Positions 17,811 through 31,834 are shown, counted from the stretch's first letter. The stretch is DNA of 64,000 nucleotides from the human T2T-CHM13v2.0 reference genome, Homo sapiens (GCF_009914755.1 NC_060936.1), one strand, 5' to 3'. Notes: generated from the sequence alone by a model not told the origin. Program-made: numbers and translations.

Positions 17811-18813
17811 TTCTGGAGCTTCTCTAAGGAAGTGGGGTGCATATTATGTCACGAGGATCTCATCTGGCTACATAGACGATAACTTCCTTGTGATCCAAGA
17901 GGGAAGAAGAGTCTGCAACACTTTTTGCCATTGAAGCAGAGTTTTCTTTTTTGTGTATGGTGGCCACATTGAGAATTGAGTTTTATGTAAATGTTTTGGA
18001 AAGGTAGGAGAAAGACTGGTCTGCATGTAGTGGGTAATTTACTTTGCAATCTTGGGCAGGTTAATAGACTCTCAAAGTGACACTCTCTGTCAAATGGGTG
18101 TTAAGTATCCTTAGAGTCGTGCTCGGCTCTGGCAGATTGTGATTCCTCAGTTATAGGATCCTTGCTTCTAGTTGTCGTATTACCCTAGTAAGATCTCAAA
18201 TCTGTGATGTTCATCATGGTCATTTGTTGAGCGCCCACTGGGTGCCACTGCCCCCTGCACTTTACGATTGTTATCTCATTGACTGTTCACAACATCTCTA
18301 CAAGGTTGAGGTTGTCCTCTTTCACAGATGAGGAAACTGAGGCTCAGAGAGACTGATTTACTTGTGTATATGCCCACAAATCTGGCCAGTTGCAAAGCTG
18401 GGTTTGGGCATGAGGCTGCCTAACTCTAAAAGGAAGTGTTTTTTCCTCAGTGCCTCACTGCCTTGTCCTTTCTTTTTTTAATTTTTCTTATTCCCTAAGG
18501 AATAGAGGCCATATACCCTGTGTCCTGGCTCTTTAAAATTTCAGGGGTTTTCAAATGAAAATTCCTTCTTGAATTTTTCTTATATCATTAAGATTGTTTA
18601 TGCTTCAAGTAATTACTCTTGAGATCTGTGGAAGGACACATTTGCAGTACACGTGTATGAGCTTCTATGAAACATGACCCTACCAAATGGCAATTGGAAC
18701 TTTAAAACCATTTTGGGGATGTTTATTGTTTTCAGCCTGGAACATAGATCATTGTTAGTGAATTTCAGCTTCACTTCTTAATCATCTCTCTATTTTAATT
18801 CTAAAATTTTTAG

Positions 18814-18950
18814 ACAAATATTCCATGTCCTGGACCTCATGCAAATGGACATGGCCAATTTTACAATTATGAGTCTCAGACCGCACCTTCAACGCCAGTT
18901 GGTGGAATATGAGAGAACCAAGTTCCAGGAAATTTTGGAAGAAACTCCAA
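18814..18950 (+). CDS. TCP11L2: TCP11L2 coding exon 5 (RQIFHVLDLMQMDMANFTIMSLRPHLQRQLVEYERTKFQEILEETP)
   Basis: Acceptor aatttttag|, donor A|gtgagt; 137 nt; DMANF...YER motif. Confidence 0.95.
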
Positions 18951-18999
18951 GTGAGTATAATATAATGTGTATTTATATTGAAATTAGGTTAAAATGATG

Positions 19000-19115
19000 A
19001 TTTTAAATGTTAAAATTTAAATTAAATTAAATTAAATTAAATTAATAAATAATAAATAAAATTTAATTTAATTTAAATTAATTAAAATTTAAAATGTTAA
19101 AGGTTAAAATGAAAA
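19000..19115. repeat. AT-rich low-complexity tract with (AAATT)n and a 20-bp perfect inverted repeat
   Basis: 19014-19033 is the reverse complement of 19060-19079. Confidence 0.85.
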
Positions 19116-19262
19116 TTAGGTGATGTTTTCATTTTTGACTTCATATATAGTATCACTAAAGAATTTTGGCCTTTCTATTAAACATTTTTTTACCTTCCAA
19201 AATTGACATCACAAACTTACAGTTGTTTATTCTGTCCAGGAACTGTGCTAAGCACTATTCGT

Positions 19263-20900
19263 TTCTTCATTCATTCAAGATATATTTATTGAGTGCCTCC
19301 TGTGTTTCAGACACTGCTTAGGTGCAGTGGATACTGCAGCGAACAGAATGGAATACAGTTGCCGTCCCCAAGGAGCTGACATTCTAGTAGGCATGACAAA
19401 TAAATAAACATATATTGTCAGGTGTATTATTAAGTGGTATGAAGAAAAATAGGATAAAGGGACAGTAATGGGTCAGAAGTGAGGACAGCATTGTTTTTTA
19501 GATGTGATGGACTGGGAAGGTCTCTGTAAGTAACATTTGAGTAAAGTTTGCAAAGAAATGAGGAAGGGGCATGTAAAGATGGGGAAAAGAACGTTCTAGC
19601 CTGAGGGACTGCAGGTACAAAGGCACTGAAGCAGAAACTGCTTATGAGTTTGACAAACACAGGGCAGACATTGTGACGGGAGTAGAGTTGGTAAGGGGAG
19701 AGTGGTAAGAGATGAGGCTGAAAAGGAGATAAAGGCAGGTCACATAGAGCATTGTTAGTAAATGAGAGGAGTTTGGATTTCATTCCATGTGCGGTGGAAA
19801 CTCATCAGAGAGTTTTAATCAGGGGAGCAACATCTGATTTTCATTTTTGAAGAATATTCTTGTTCCTGGCTACAGAATAGGTCATGTGGGAACAAAGAGG
19901 GAAACAGAGGTACCAATTAGGTGGCATTACAGTTGCTCAGGCAAGAAATGATGGTGGCTTGTTCCAGATGGTAATGGTGGAAGGAGTGAGAAGAGACCAG
20001 ATTCTGGATACATTTTGAAAGTGGAGTAATCAGATTTGCTGAAGATTGGATAAGGGAGAAAAGAGTTGAGGGTGACTCTAAGGTTTTTGGCCTCGTACAA
20101 CCGGGTGAATGGTCATACAGTTTGAGTGAAACTGGTGAGACCAGGAGAAAGAAGGTTGGGAGATGACATGGAATCAAGAGTTCAGTTTGGTGATGTAAAC
20201 TTTTGAGATTTCATTTGACATCAATGTGGAGATGTCAGGTAGGCATTTAGATATGAATTATGAGTTTACAGGAATAATGGAAACTGTATATGTATTTGGG
20301 AATCATCAGTATATGTATGATATATAAAGCCATGGAACTGGGTACTAGTTAACACTTAGAAAATCCTTATCACACTCTAAGTACTTTACCTGTACAAACT
20401 AATTTAATCCTTGCAACAACTATATGAAGTTACCCCCCATTTTATGGGTGCGGAAACTGAGGCACTGTGAGGTTAAGTCACTGGCCTATGTAACACACTT
20501 AAAAGTATAGGAGCTCACCTAGGAAGGCAGCTTGGCTCCATAGTCCATGTTCCTGTCCATTATATTACACTGGGTGAGACTACCTAGGGGGAGTGAGTGT
20601 GGACTCTGAAAGAAACTGACGTGGGGCACTCCAGCAGCTAGAAGCTGAAGTTGAGATGAGGAGGAGGGTCTAACAATGGAGACTATGAGGGAGTAGCCAG
20701 AGAGGTAGTGTGACAGTCAGGAGAGGCGGGTGTCCTGTAAGATACGTGAAGAAGGTATTTGGAGAAGGAAGGCATGTTTGGATTTGACAAGCATTGCTAA
20801 GTGGTCAAGAAAGACACAGGCCAACTTGACCATTGGATTTGACTGTTTGATGATGGTCAGTAACCTTGATGAGAGTGGTTTCAGTGGATTTGTGTGCATT
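19263..20900 (-). mobile_element. L2 LINE 3' portion, with a MIR inserted at ~20345-20570
   Basis: L2 terminus cattcattcaagatatatttattgagtgcc followed by a purine-rich antisense L2 body. Confidence 0.75.
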
Positions 20901-20912
20901 AAAGCCAGACTG

Positions 20913-21287
<375 letters not shown>

Positions 21288-22459
21288 TCACAATTACCAG
21301 TTACCCAGTGAAGTAGGTACTGTTATTCCCTTTATCTTACAGGCAAGGAAACTGAGATGCCAGAGGTTGCACAGCTGCAAGAGGCTGGCTAACTGCTCAT
21401 TGGCAAACTCTTGACACCAGCCTCTGGGGTTTAATTAACCACTATTTAAGGCTGAGTTAGGTGGTTTCTGCCGAGATAATCAACACAATGGCCTTATATA
21501 AAAAAGACAAAACAGGCGCCACATTTAAAGGGGCCCTGGCAGGCAGGAGCACATCCAGGGGAGAGCACATTGATCATGGAGGCCACCTGAGGAACCGTCG
21601 AGGAAGCTGGGCATGTTCTGCTTGGTAACAAGGAGACTCAGGTGGGCCATGGCCCCATCCACCCTCCCTGTTGACAGCAACTCAGAGACTGGTGAAATTC
21701 TGTAGGGCAGACTAGGATTCATGAGAGGGAGGAAGCAGACAGCTGGTTTTGACCTTCCTGATAGTTGGAGCTGTTTTAACTTTGGAATGGGCCTATTATA
21801 GCAGTAGTCAGTGCTAGCTAACATTTTGTATGAGCACTTACTACATGCTAAGTCCTTACTGTACCACTTTAGTAGTCTATGCAAGCATCACACTAGCCCT
21901 ATGAGGTTGGTACTGTTATCACCCCCTAATACAACTGAGGAAAGTGAGGTTAAGGTACTTAGTCTAGATGACTACTAGTAAGGGGTAGAGCCTGGGTAAC
22001 CCAGATGTGTCTCTGACTCAAAGCGTGTGCATTTAGATACTGTGCAACCCTGCCTCTCTTCAAACAAGATATCAACTGTGGGGGATATTGCAGAGGGATC
22101 TCTCACATCATCTGGCAGATTATTTAGTCATCTGGATAGCCAGTTATCTAGTCAGATAACTTTTAAGTTTTGTTCTATAACAAAAACTCTATGACTCCAA
22201 GGGCTATGTTGTTTTAGCTTCAAAGGGGAGGGAGTAAAGTGAAGTAGAACCCTACATCGAACCTGGATCTGAAACCTCAACTGTGGCAACTGTCCACAGC
22301 AGCATTTCTCTGAGACTTAGTGGTTGCTTTCATTTGTGTACCTGTGTATGTAAGCACATGTACAAATGCACCCATATCTTTAATCAAGATAGCTTGGAAT
22401 CTTGAGCAAATTCTCTAATAGGGTGAATTATGATTTTCTTCATCTCAAATTATTTGCCT

Positions 22460-22782
22460 ATTTTTTTTCTGTTTTTTTTCTTTCCTTCTTTTTTTTCCCC
22501 CCTGTTTGTCTTTAAGAGACAGAGTCTCACTCTATTGCCCAGGCTGGGGTGCAGTGGCATGATGATAACTTACTCTAGCCTCCAATTCTTGGACTCAAGG
22601 GATTCTCCTGTCTCAGCTTCCCAAGTAGCTAGGACTACAGGCATGTGCCACCACGCCTGGCTAATTTTTAAAACATTTTTTGTAGAGACGGGGGTCTGTG
22701 TTGCTCAGGCTGGTCTCTAACTACTGGCTTCTTCCTGCCTCTCAACTTGCTGGGATTACAGGCATGAGCCACTGCACCTGGC
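22460..22782 (-). mobile_element. AluJ
   Basis: Diverged antisense dimeric Alu, J-type right arm. Confidence 0.85.
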
Positions 22783-23567
22783 TTGCTTCTCTTTTTAAAA
22801 CCCAGGCTTAGTGACCTGTAATCCATTTGCAACTTTTCTATTGACTTGGATATTTTCAGAGATTTAAGAATAGAGCAAACCCAGCTTTGCATATAGGTCA
22901 TTATTGCTTAGCAAGAGAAATCAAGAGTCCCAGAAGCAGAGTGTATGTCAGCTGTTAATTATGTCCCCAAGTCACTCTGCCAAAAGTCAGCCCCTGTGCC
23001 CTAATATCAAAATAAGAGCCTCAAAATGTTGGATTTCTGTGTACACATGATTATATAAGAATTATTAGAAAATTAATACAGAGAAGTACTCTAGATTTCT
23101 GAATTGGCTCCAGGAAAATATTTTATTTTGCCTAAGAGGAGATTTTATATAATTGCCTATTTTAAATATAGCCAGGAGAACCTTAGGAATGATTATCTGT
23201 ACTAAGTAAGTAGCAACAAGATAACCACATTAGATCCAACATGTAAATTATCTGTGAAAATAGCAAGAGATTATCCCTGGGTGGGGGCCATAAGTAATTT
23301 TTAAGATACCCAGAAAGAAAGGCTTTATTTAGACAATACGTCATATCTGATCAAATGTTTTCATGAACTTTATTTCATGTTATTCTTTAAAAAAATTCTG
23401 TGGGACATAAATATCACTTTCAGAATATTTGAAACTCTATTGTGATTGCCTTCACCTGTCACATGAGGGGTTCAAGAAATATTTATGGAATATTTTAAAG
23501 AAGAGCAAACTGATGCTCAGTGATGACCTCCTTAGACTCAGAATCATTCAGCTAAGTAAACAGTGGA

Positions 23568-23882
<315 letters not shown>

Positions 23883-24787
23883 CTAGGACTGGAAACCAGG
23901 TCTCCCAAATCCAAGTCCAGATTAAACCAAGCTGCTACTTTTTCAGCCTTCTTTGAATTTTTCAGTTTTGTGTTATATTACCTGAGTTGTATTGCAAGGA
24001 ACAGAAACCAACTCTAGCTGACTTAGCCAAAGGGAAGTGAATGGAAGGATGGAGGAAGTTTGCAGAATCAAAGGAAAAGCCAAAATGTCAGAAATCAGAA
24101 GAATGTCACAAATCTGGATAGGAAAAACCAAGGGATAGCAAGGCTCCATTGTCACGATGGTTGATGTGGGCTGTAAACGTAGGCCATCCCTGAACACTCT
24201 CACCACTCAGATCCCGGGAAGGAGTCGGCTCTGTTGGGCACGTGACTCTGCTCGGCCAGCCCCTGGTCGGGAAGATGGGGCCTCTGAATTGAGACTCACA
24301 AAAGAAAACATGGAACCAGAGGAAATGGTTTCTCAGAGAAAGCCAGCACCAAAAGAAGGGAAAGTGAGATGTTGCCAGGCAAAAAAAAAAGATGTCATGG
24401 ATAAGGAAACTACATTTTTCCAACTGAAAATTGGGGTAGAAGCACGTGTAATACCATTGCTTGTTCTGGTGTCTGTCTCTCCCTTACTAGACTAGGAACT
24501 TCTCGAGTGCAGGGACTGTGCTTATTTACCTTTAAATCCCCAGTACTTGGTACAATACCTGGGACTGAGTAGGTGCCCAGTGGTTTTCGTCAAATAAACG
24601 AATGAGTGGAAAAATTCTTAATCCTGTCCCCAGGAAAAGCCGAGGTTGCAGGTGCCTCATGAGGCTGACCTTGCTTTTGGAACCAGAGAGAGCAGTCACC
24701 GTGCCAGCCTGTGAGAGTGAAGTCTCTGCCGATCCCTAAGAGAAGAGCCAACGTTTCACTCTAAACGCATGCTCCTTCTGCTTTACC

Positions 24788-24965
24788 GGTCATTCTCAAG
24801 TCTGACTACAAATTAGAATCATCTGGGGCGTTTAAACACAGAGGCCTGAGCCCTGCCTCAGACAGAATAAATCAAAGTCTCCAGGAGCTGTGCCCATGAA
24901 CTCTTTTTTTCCTTTTTAAAGCTCCCCAGGTGATTCTAAAGTCAGCCAGGATTGAGAACCACTAT
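24788..24965. mobile_element. MER5A (hAT-Charlie)
   Basis: ttagaatcatctgggg...aagctccccaggtgattctaa...ttgagaaccact. Confidence 0.75.
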
Positions 24966-25632
24966 GCCACACTGTTGCTTTTGTTCAAGGTAACTAAATG
25001 GGCTCTTAAATGTGTCAGCTGTAAATGATTAAACTTGCAGTATAAATGCTTATTACTGCCACATTGTAATTATATTCACGATGATTTCCACTCGCGCTCT
25101 CTCAGTTGGATGTCTTTTAAATGAAAGACTGCAAGTCTTTTACATCTTTATAAAACAGAACTAGCAAACCAAAAACAACATTTGCCAACTGAGGAGAAAC
25201 AAGAGTTGTGAAATTCTGGGGGTGGTGTTGCTTTAGTGTGGCAAACAGAACTACTCATAAATTATCCCTGCTCAAGTGCTGGGTCCAAGAAGAATTTCAG
25301 TCTCTCTCTACTCTGCACCTGTGTTCAGGCTGTATTTCTTGGCAATTGTCACCTTATAAATTCTACCAAATGTATAATTGTATAAGAACTGTGGTATAAA
25401 AAGCAATTTGTTTCTAGTGGGAAACCTTAGAACTGGGCCTAAAGCAAAATAAAGTGAATTTTGTCCTAAGGCAGACAGCCCCAGTAGAGAATTACTGCCT
25501 CCAAACTTTCAGCCTCCTGGAATAGCCTTGGCATGTCAAATTTCATTTAGTTCATGATGTAAGAGACATTTTATTCAAAGTTAGAAGAACTACTTAGAGC
25601 AAAAGTAAATAAAAACTATTTGTCATCTAAGT

Positions 25633-25877
25633 CCGTGGTTCTCAACGTGGTTCTCTTAGGGGTGATTTTTGCCACTGCCCCCGCCCCACAACATTTGGCC
25701 ATGTCTGGAGACACTTGTATGTCCCATCCTGGCAGGGCAGGGCGGGAGGCTGAGGAAGGGCATCTAGTAGGTAGAGCTTAGGTATGCTGCTAAACATTTT
25801 ATAGTGAACAGGGCAGCCCTCAACAACGAAGAATTATCCAGTCCAAAATGTCAATAGTGCCGAGGTTGAGACACCCT
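25633..25877. mobile_element. MER20 (hAT-Charlie)
   Basis: gtggttctcaac...acatttggccatgtctggagac...gaattatccagtccaaaatgtcaatagtgccgaggttgag. Confidence 0.85.
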
Positions 25878-27391
25878 AAATAAAGAATTGGAATGAATCC
25901 ATTTCGTGATGACCCAAGGAACCATCTTATGCTCCAGGAAAATTTGGGCTTCAATAAGCAAGGAAGTCTGGTGGCCGTTGAGCACTTGGGGGTTGTTTTG
26001 TGTTTGGAATCAGTCTGATTTCAGCTAGTCATGGCTGCTGGTGGGTGCCTCCTTCTTCTTGCCTTCTTTCCATTGTCTAGAGGGAGCCATTTCCACTTGC
26101 AGAAGCGAGCCCTTGCAGAGGCATCTTTTGAAGCAACTCTGTGTGAGTTGTTTGTCATAGAAACTGCTAGCAAGGGAACTCTGCTAATAATAACTATTAG
26201 GCACCTAGTAACCTATATTGTAGTAATATTTAAGTGCCATATGCTTAAAAATGAAATGAATTCAAGTATAAAACCTCATTTCCAGTGATACATATTTTTT
26301 ATCCAGAAGAATTGAACTTGATAAACTTGTCTAAAGTGGAAGGACAATCTAACTGGACATTGTCTTTAAGGTCATAGTCTTTAAGGTCAAATTAAGTATG
26401 AGACTCAAGTTCAGTGATTTCTTCCTTCCTCACTGCTTCCTTCTCCCTTTCCCATCTTGACTTCTGGAATAGCCCTTGCCAAATACCAGGGATCATACTG
26501 CATAAACTAGATTTTCAGTGTCTGCATGTTTTCCAGATAACATCTCCTTTAAAGCATTGGCTTTTCTTTAAGGAGATCTGCTGAGATTCTGCTCCCTCAA
26601 GCTAGCACGCTAACTGGTATCTACAAAAAGAAAAGAAAAGAAAAGAAAAAAGCCAAGTTCCCAAAAAAGCTCATTTTAACCACCCCACTGCTTAGCCTAC
26701 TCACTCTTTTTATTCCACGGGTGATCACTTTGTCTGAGGCAACTTTGTTAATAAGGCAGCTGTTGTGTATCAGGCAGAGAACCTGACTGGGCCCTCTAGA
26801 GACAATAATCCCCGTCTTTAAAGGTTGTTTACAGAGTTTACAGTTGCTAACACTTAGGGGACATTTCCTTTGTGCCAGAAACGGTTCTAAGTGTTTTGCA
26901 TGTACTAGTTTGTTGAATCTTTACCACAGCTTCAGGAAGAATATTATCCCCAATTCACAGACAGAGGAAACTGAGGAGACATTAGGTAACCTGCCCAAGA
27001 CATACAGCTAATGAGTGGTAAAGGCCAGACCGAAGTTGAGACTGCCTGGCTCAGAGGCCACGGCTCCCAACTACTGCACCAGCCACTTGCTCTGCATGGG
27101 GGAGCCTAGCACAAGTTCTTAGTCACATGTTGATTGCTTTGATATTAGGTTGCACTAAATTGAGATTCATTCATCTGCAATGCAAATTTGACTCCCCAGT
27201 CAAGCTGCTTCTTCATTCTCTGTCTTGCTTTCTAAACTGTTGCAGCAGTCTGTTGCTGATCAGTCTCTTTGCACTGCAACTTATGTTTATGTTCTTGTCA
27301 AATCTGTTTCAAGGAATAAATGTAAAAGACTTGCCTGCCTAATTATACTGGGCTCTGTTTGACAGATAATCAGTTTTAGAAATGGACACTG

Positions 27392-29180
27392 TCAGTGGTA
27401 AGCTGGATGTGGTCGGTACAGACTTGGGAGCCATTTGCTATACTTTAAGGAATTTTGTGAGCTAGTAAACACAGCCATTACTAAAAATTAAATTATATAA
27501 ATTTACAATTAAATACATTATATTAAAAACAAAGGTAAAACTCTGGGAAATCATTAGGCAGTTTCTTATTAAACGCAGTTACAACCTAGCAATTGCAATA
27601 CTGAGTCTTTATCCCCAAGAATTGTAAACTTACATTCACACAGAAACCTATACATAAATATTCGTAGCAGCCTTATTTGTATAACCCCAAACTGAAACAA
27701 CCAAAATGGCTTTCAACAGGTAAGTAGATAAACAGACTGTGGTATATCCATACAATAGAATACCACTCAGTAATAAAAAGGAATGAACTATTGATACATA
27801 CAACTTGGATGGATGCTTAGAAAACAAAGCCAATCTCAAAGGGTTATTTTGCTGGTCTGCTCAGGCTACCATAACAAAGTACCACAGACTGGGTAGCTTA
27901 ATATTAGTTTATTTTTCACAGTTCTCAAGGCTGAAAGTCCAAAATGAAGGTGCCAGCTGATTTGGTTCCTGATGAGGGCTTTCTTCCTGGCACTGCAGAC
28001 ATGCCTATTTCTCAGTGTGTGCAGATGGAAAGAAAAAGAGGAAGCTCTTTTTTTTGTCTCCTCTTTTAAGGGTATCAACCCTCATGACCTCATCTAACCC
28101 TAATTACCTCCCAAAGTCTCCATCTCCAAATGTCATCACAGTGGAAGTTAGGGCTTCATGATAGAAATTTGGGTGGCAGGTGGACACAAACAGTCCATAA
28201 CAGCTACATATTGTATGATTCTATTTACATAACATTCTTGAAGTGACATAGTTTTGGTGATCAGTGGTTACCAGAATTTAGGGTTGAGGTGAGAGTGTGA
28301 CTACTGGGAGGTAACGTGAGGAGATATTTTATGGTGATGGAATAGTTGAGTATCCTGATGGTTACAGGGATCCACATATGTAACACAATTTCTTAGAACT
28401 ATACACACACAAAGGATGCATGCAAAAACTGGTAAAATCAGTATAAGTTAGTGGTATTGTACCCATGTCAGTTTCCTGATTTTGACAATATACTATAGTT
28501 ATTTAAGATGCTGTCCTTGGGGGCAGCTGGGTGAAGGGTATACAGTAACTGTCTGTACTATTTTCACAACTTCTTAAGTCTTTTATTTTGAAATAGTTAA
28601 AGCTATTTCAAAATTTAAAAGTTATTTTTAAAGCCCTAAAAAACAATGAACTGTGATACATAAGTCGGTGTGGATAAATGTCAGAAACACTATGCTAGGT
28701 ACTTTATGATTCCATTTATATGAATTTCTAGAAGGCAAACTGATTCATGCAGTTAGGAGTTAAAAGTAGTTGAGTGAGGTGCACATTGACTGGAAAGGGA
28801 GACGAGAGAACTTTCTTGGGTAATGGATATGGTTTATATCTTGTTTTAGGTGGTAGTTGCACAGGTATATAGAATAGCCAAAACTCACCAAACTGAACAC
28901 TTAAGAGCTGAACATTTTATTGTATGAATTTATTATGTCTGTAAATATAAACATATTTATATATGTGAAAAAAACAAAATAATTATAAAAAGTAAAGGTA
29001 AACAAATACTAAAAACGCTTCACTTCCAAATTATCTTACTATTGTCTATAGTCTTGACATTAAAGAATCTCAAGACTGTACATATAACAGGTATAAAGTA
29101 CCTGTTATATCTGGATGATGGAAACACTATGTAGCAGTGTTCTGTACTGGGCATCTCTGCTCAACTTCATATTTAATGAC
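27392..29180. mobile_element. Nested cluster: MER63-like hAT element interrupted by old L1M 3' fragments (~27541-28990), themselves interrupted by an MLT1A-like LTR (~27848-28203)
   Basis: aaacacagccattactaaaaattaaattatataa...aaaggtaaa resumes as aaaggtaaacaaatact at ~28994; L1 ORF2/3'UTR motifs; MaLR LTR motifs. Confidence 0.65.
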
Positions 29181-29965
29181 TCTCCTCCCACTTGCTCGTT
29201 CTACAAATGAGGAAATCAAAAGCTCAGGAGAGAAGTGAGGGCTATAGATACAGATTTAGGAGCCTTATGGGGTATGGGCGGAAATAGAAACCACAGGAAT
29301 GAGTAAGATGGTCTAGTGAGATTGAAGAGTACCAAATCAGTGGGGATTGGGTAGAGTGCTTGGAAGTATCAACATTTAATGAACAGGCAGAGGAACATCT
29401 TCCTGTAATTGAAGGGAGATGCACCTGTCTTCTCAACCCAAGTATGAGATGCAGAAGCACAGCTAGGGGAAACCAGGAAAAAGTGGTGTCAGAAAAGCCA
29501 GGGAAAGAGTTTCTGGAGGGCTGTACTAAGAGATGTCTGTATTACAGAGATGTTTAAAAAAGGTAGGAAGGACATGTTTGTTGGATTTGACAACCAGGTG
29601 GTGGCCTTAGAAAGGTTATGGGAAGGATTTATTTCAGAACCTCTCTAGCCTATATTCTGTATCTTGGTAGATGGCACAGGCATTCATTCAGATGTCCAAG
29701 GTGCAAATCTGGGAGTCATCCTAGAATACTCCTTTCCTATTCTCTACATGTAAGTGGTCACCAAGACCTGTGGGTACTCCCCCTAAATATTTCTCACTTT
29801 TTCCCTCTTTACCCCTCACTTCCACTGCCCTTATCCATTCACTCTCTTGTTTGAACCACTGCAATAATTTACTCTCCCTCCACTAATTCAGTCTTTCTTT
29901 CCAAGCAATTTTTCTGACATACATATCTGATCATACAGGTTCCATGTTGAAAATAATATTATTCA

Positions 29966-30322
<357 letters not shown>

Positions 30323-30942
30323 TCAATCTGGTAAGAGAGAATGACAATTGTTTGTGGACATGTGCACGTGATTGTGCACATTCACTTTGGGAAAGGCATA
30401 TCTCCAATTAGTTATTAAAAGTGGTCCAAGACCCAAAAATGTGTAATAATTATACTCTATTTTCTCTTCAGATTGTATAAATCTTTCACCTTTTACCAAA
30501 AATGTGTGAAAATTAATGCCTTTTCTCTAAATACCTTCTCTGCACAAACTCAAGGCTGGCTTCTAACCACCCATCCAATGCCATTTGCTACAACCCTCTT
30601 ACCCCTAGTTCTTTATGGACCAGCAATACAGATTTGTTTGTGGCATCCAGAATGTGACATCTAGAATGTGCCATATGCTGTCTTTTCCAGAGCACTTACA
30701 GAGCTCTTCCTCTTAGATTCTTTCCTGGACAGCCTCTTTCCCACAATTACTAGCATTCATTGTACTCTGTTATAATTGTTAGTTTACAGGTCTGCCTTTC
30801 CATCTGGACTGTAAACTCCTTGCAGGGCATGGCTGTGTCTTCTCATTCATGCCCAGCACCCAACACAGCATCTGTCAAGTGGAATACACCAGTGAAGGGA
30901 TCAATCAGCTGTAGAACAAATATGTGGCCTTTTCACTCTTAG

Positions 30943-31130
30943 GTGCTCTTAATCAGACTACAGAATGGATAAAAGAATCTGTAAATGAAGAATTATTTTC
31001 TCTTTCTGAGAGTGCTTTAACTCCTGGGGCCGAAAATACCTCCAAGCCAAGCCTGAGCCCTACTTTGGTGCTAAATAATAGTTACTTGAAACTGTTACAG
31101 TGGGATTATCAGAAAAAAGAATTACCAGAG
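30943..31130 (+). CDS. TCP11L2: TCP11L2 coding exon 6 (SALNQTTEWIKESVNEE...LLQWDYQKKELPE)
   Basis: Acceptor ttcactcttag|, donor GAG|gtgagt; 188 nt, frame continuous. Confidence 0.95.
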
Positions 31131-31335
31131 GTGAGTGGTTTTGTTCTTCACCCAAATTTCCCAGTATTTTTATTCTTAAGTTCTAACTTTGAATCATCTG
31201 GTCTGTGTTTCATGTGGTTTAATGACTTTACAAAAATCAGATAAAAATGGGAATTTGGAAATGACATTGCCTGTTTTGTATTTTCATGCTATTGAGCTAC
31301 CCTTTCTATTTTTATATTTTAAATAAATATGTTAG

Positions 31336-31517
31336 ACACTTATGACAGATGGAGCACGTCTTCAGGAACTAACAGAAAAGCTGAATCAATTGAAAATTAT
31401 TGCCTGCCTGTCCCTAATTACCAACAACATGGTGGGTGCTATTACAGGAGGCCTGCCTGAGCTTGCAAGCAGGTTAACAAGGATTTCAGCTGTTCTACTT
31501 GAAGGCATGAACAAAGA
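31336..31517 (+). CDS. TCP11L2: TCP11L2 coding exon 7 (TLMTDGARLQELTEKLNQLKIIACLSLITNNMVG...LLEGMNK)
   Basis: Acceptor atatgttag|, donor GA|gtaagt; 182 nt; PETL..D..RL motif spans the junction. Confidence 0.94.
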
Positions 31518-31834
31518 GTAAGTTCCAAATTTTTGCATCTGCTCCCTCTTGTATTAAGGCTCTGCATGTGTCTCAGAGAACAAGAATGACCTTGGACATC
31601 TGGATGTGAGATTCAGGACTGTGCTTTAGAGAAGCTTATCTTACACCTTTTTCTAGAATTTCCTTTAATATCTCTGAAGGCTTAGATGTCCTCTCATAGG
31701 AAGGGAGAGGTGTTTTCCATGACAAGTGCCAGGGTGAGTGTAGTATTTCCACTTACAATGAATGTGTACAACAGCTTTTCTTTGACAGTGCTTTGGAAAA
31801 AAACAAATGAAACACAGAAATCTGCCAAGCTTGA

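Noticed and set aside
24157-24495. 112-aa intronic ORF
   Set aside because: Appears to overlap decayed LTR-like sequence; splicing from the upstream exon to the nearby acceptor at 24210 is out of frame and stops within 12 codons
30951-30959. N-Q-T glycosylation sequon at Asn261
   Set aside because: The protein has no signal peptide, so the sequon is unlikely to be used
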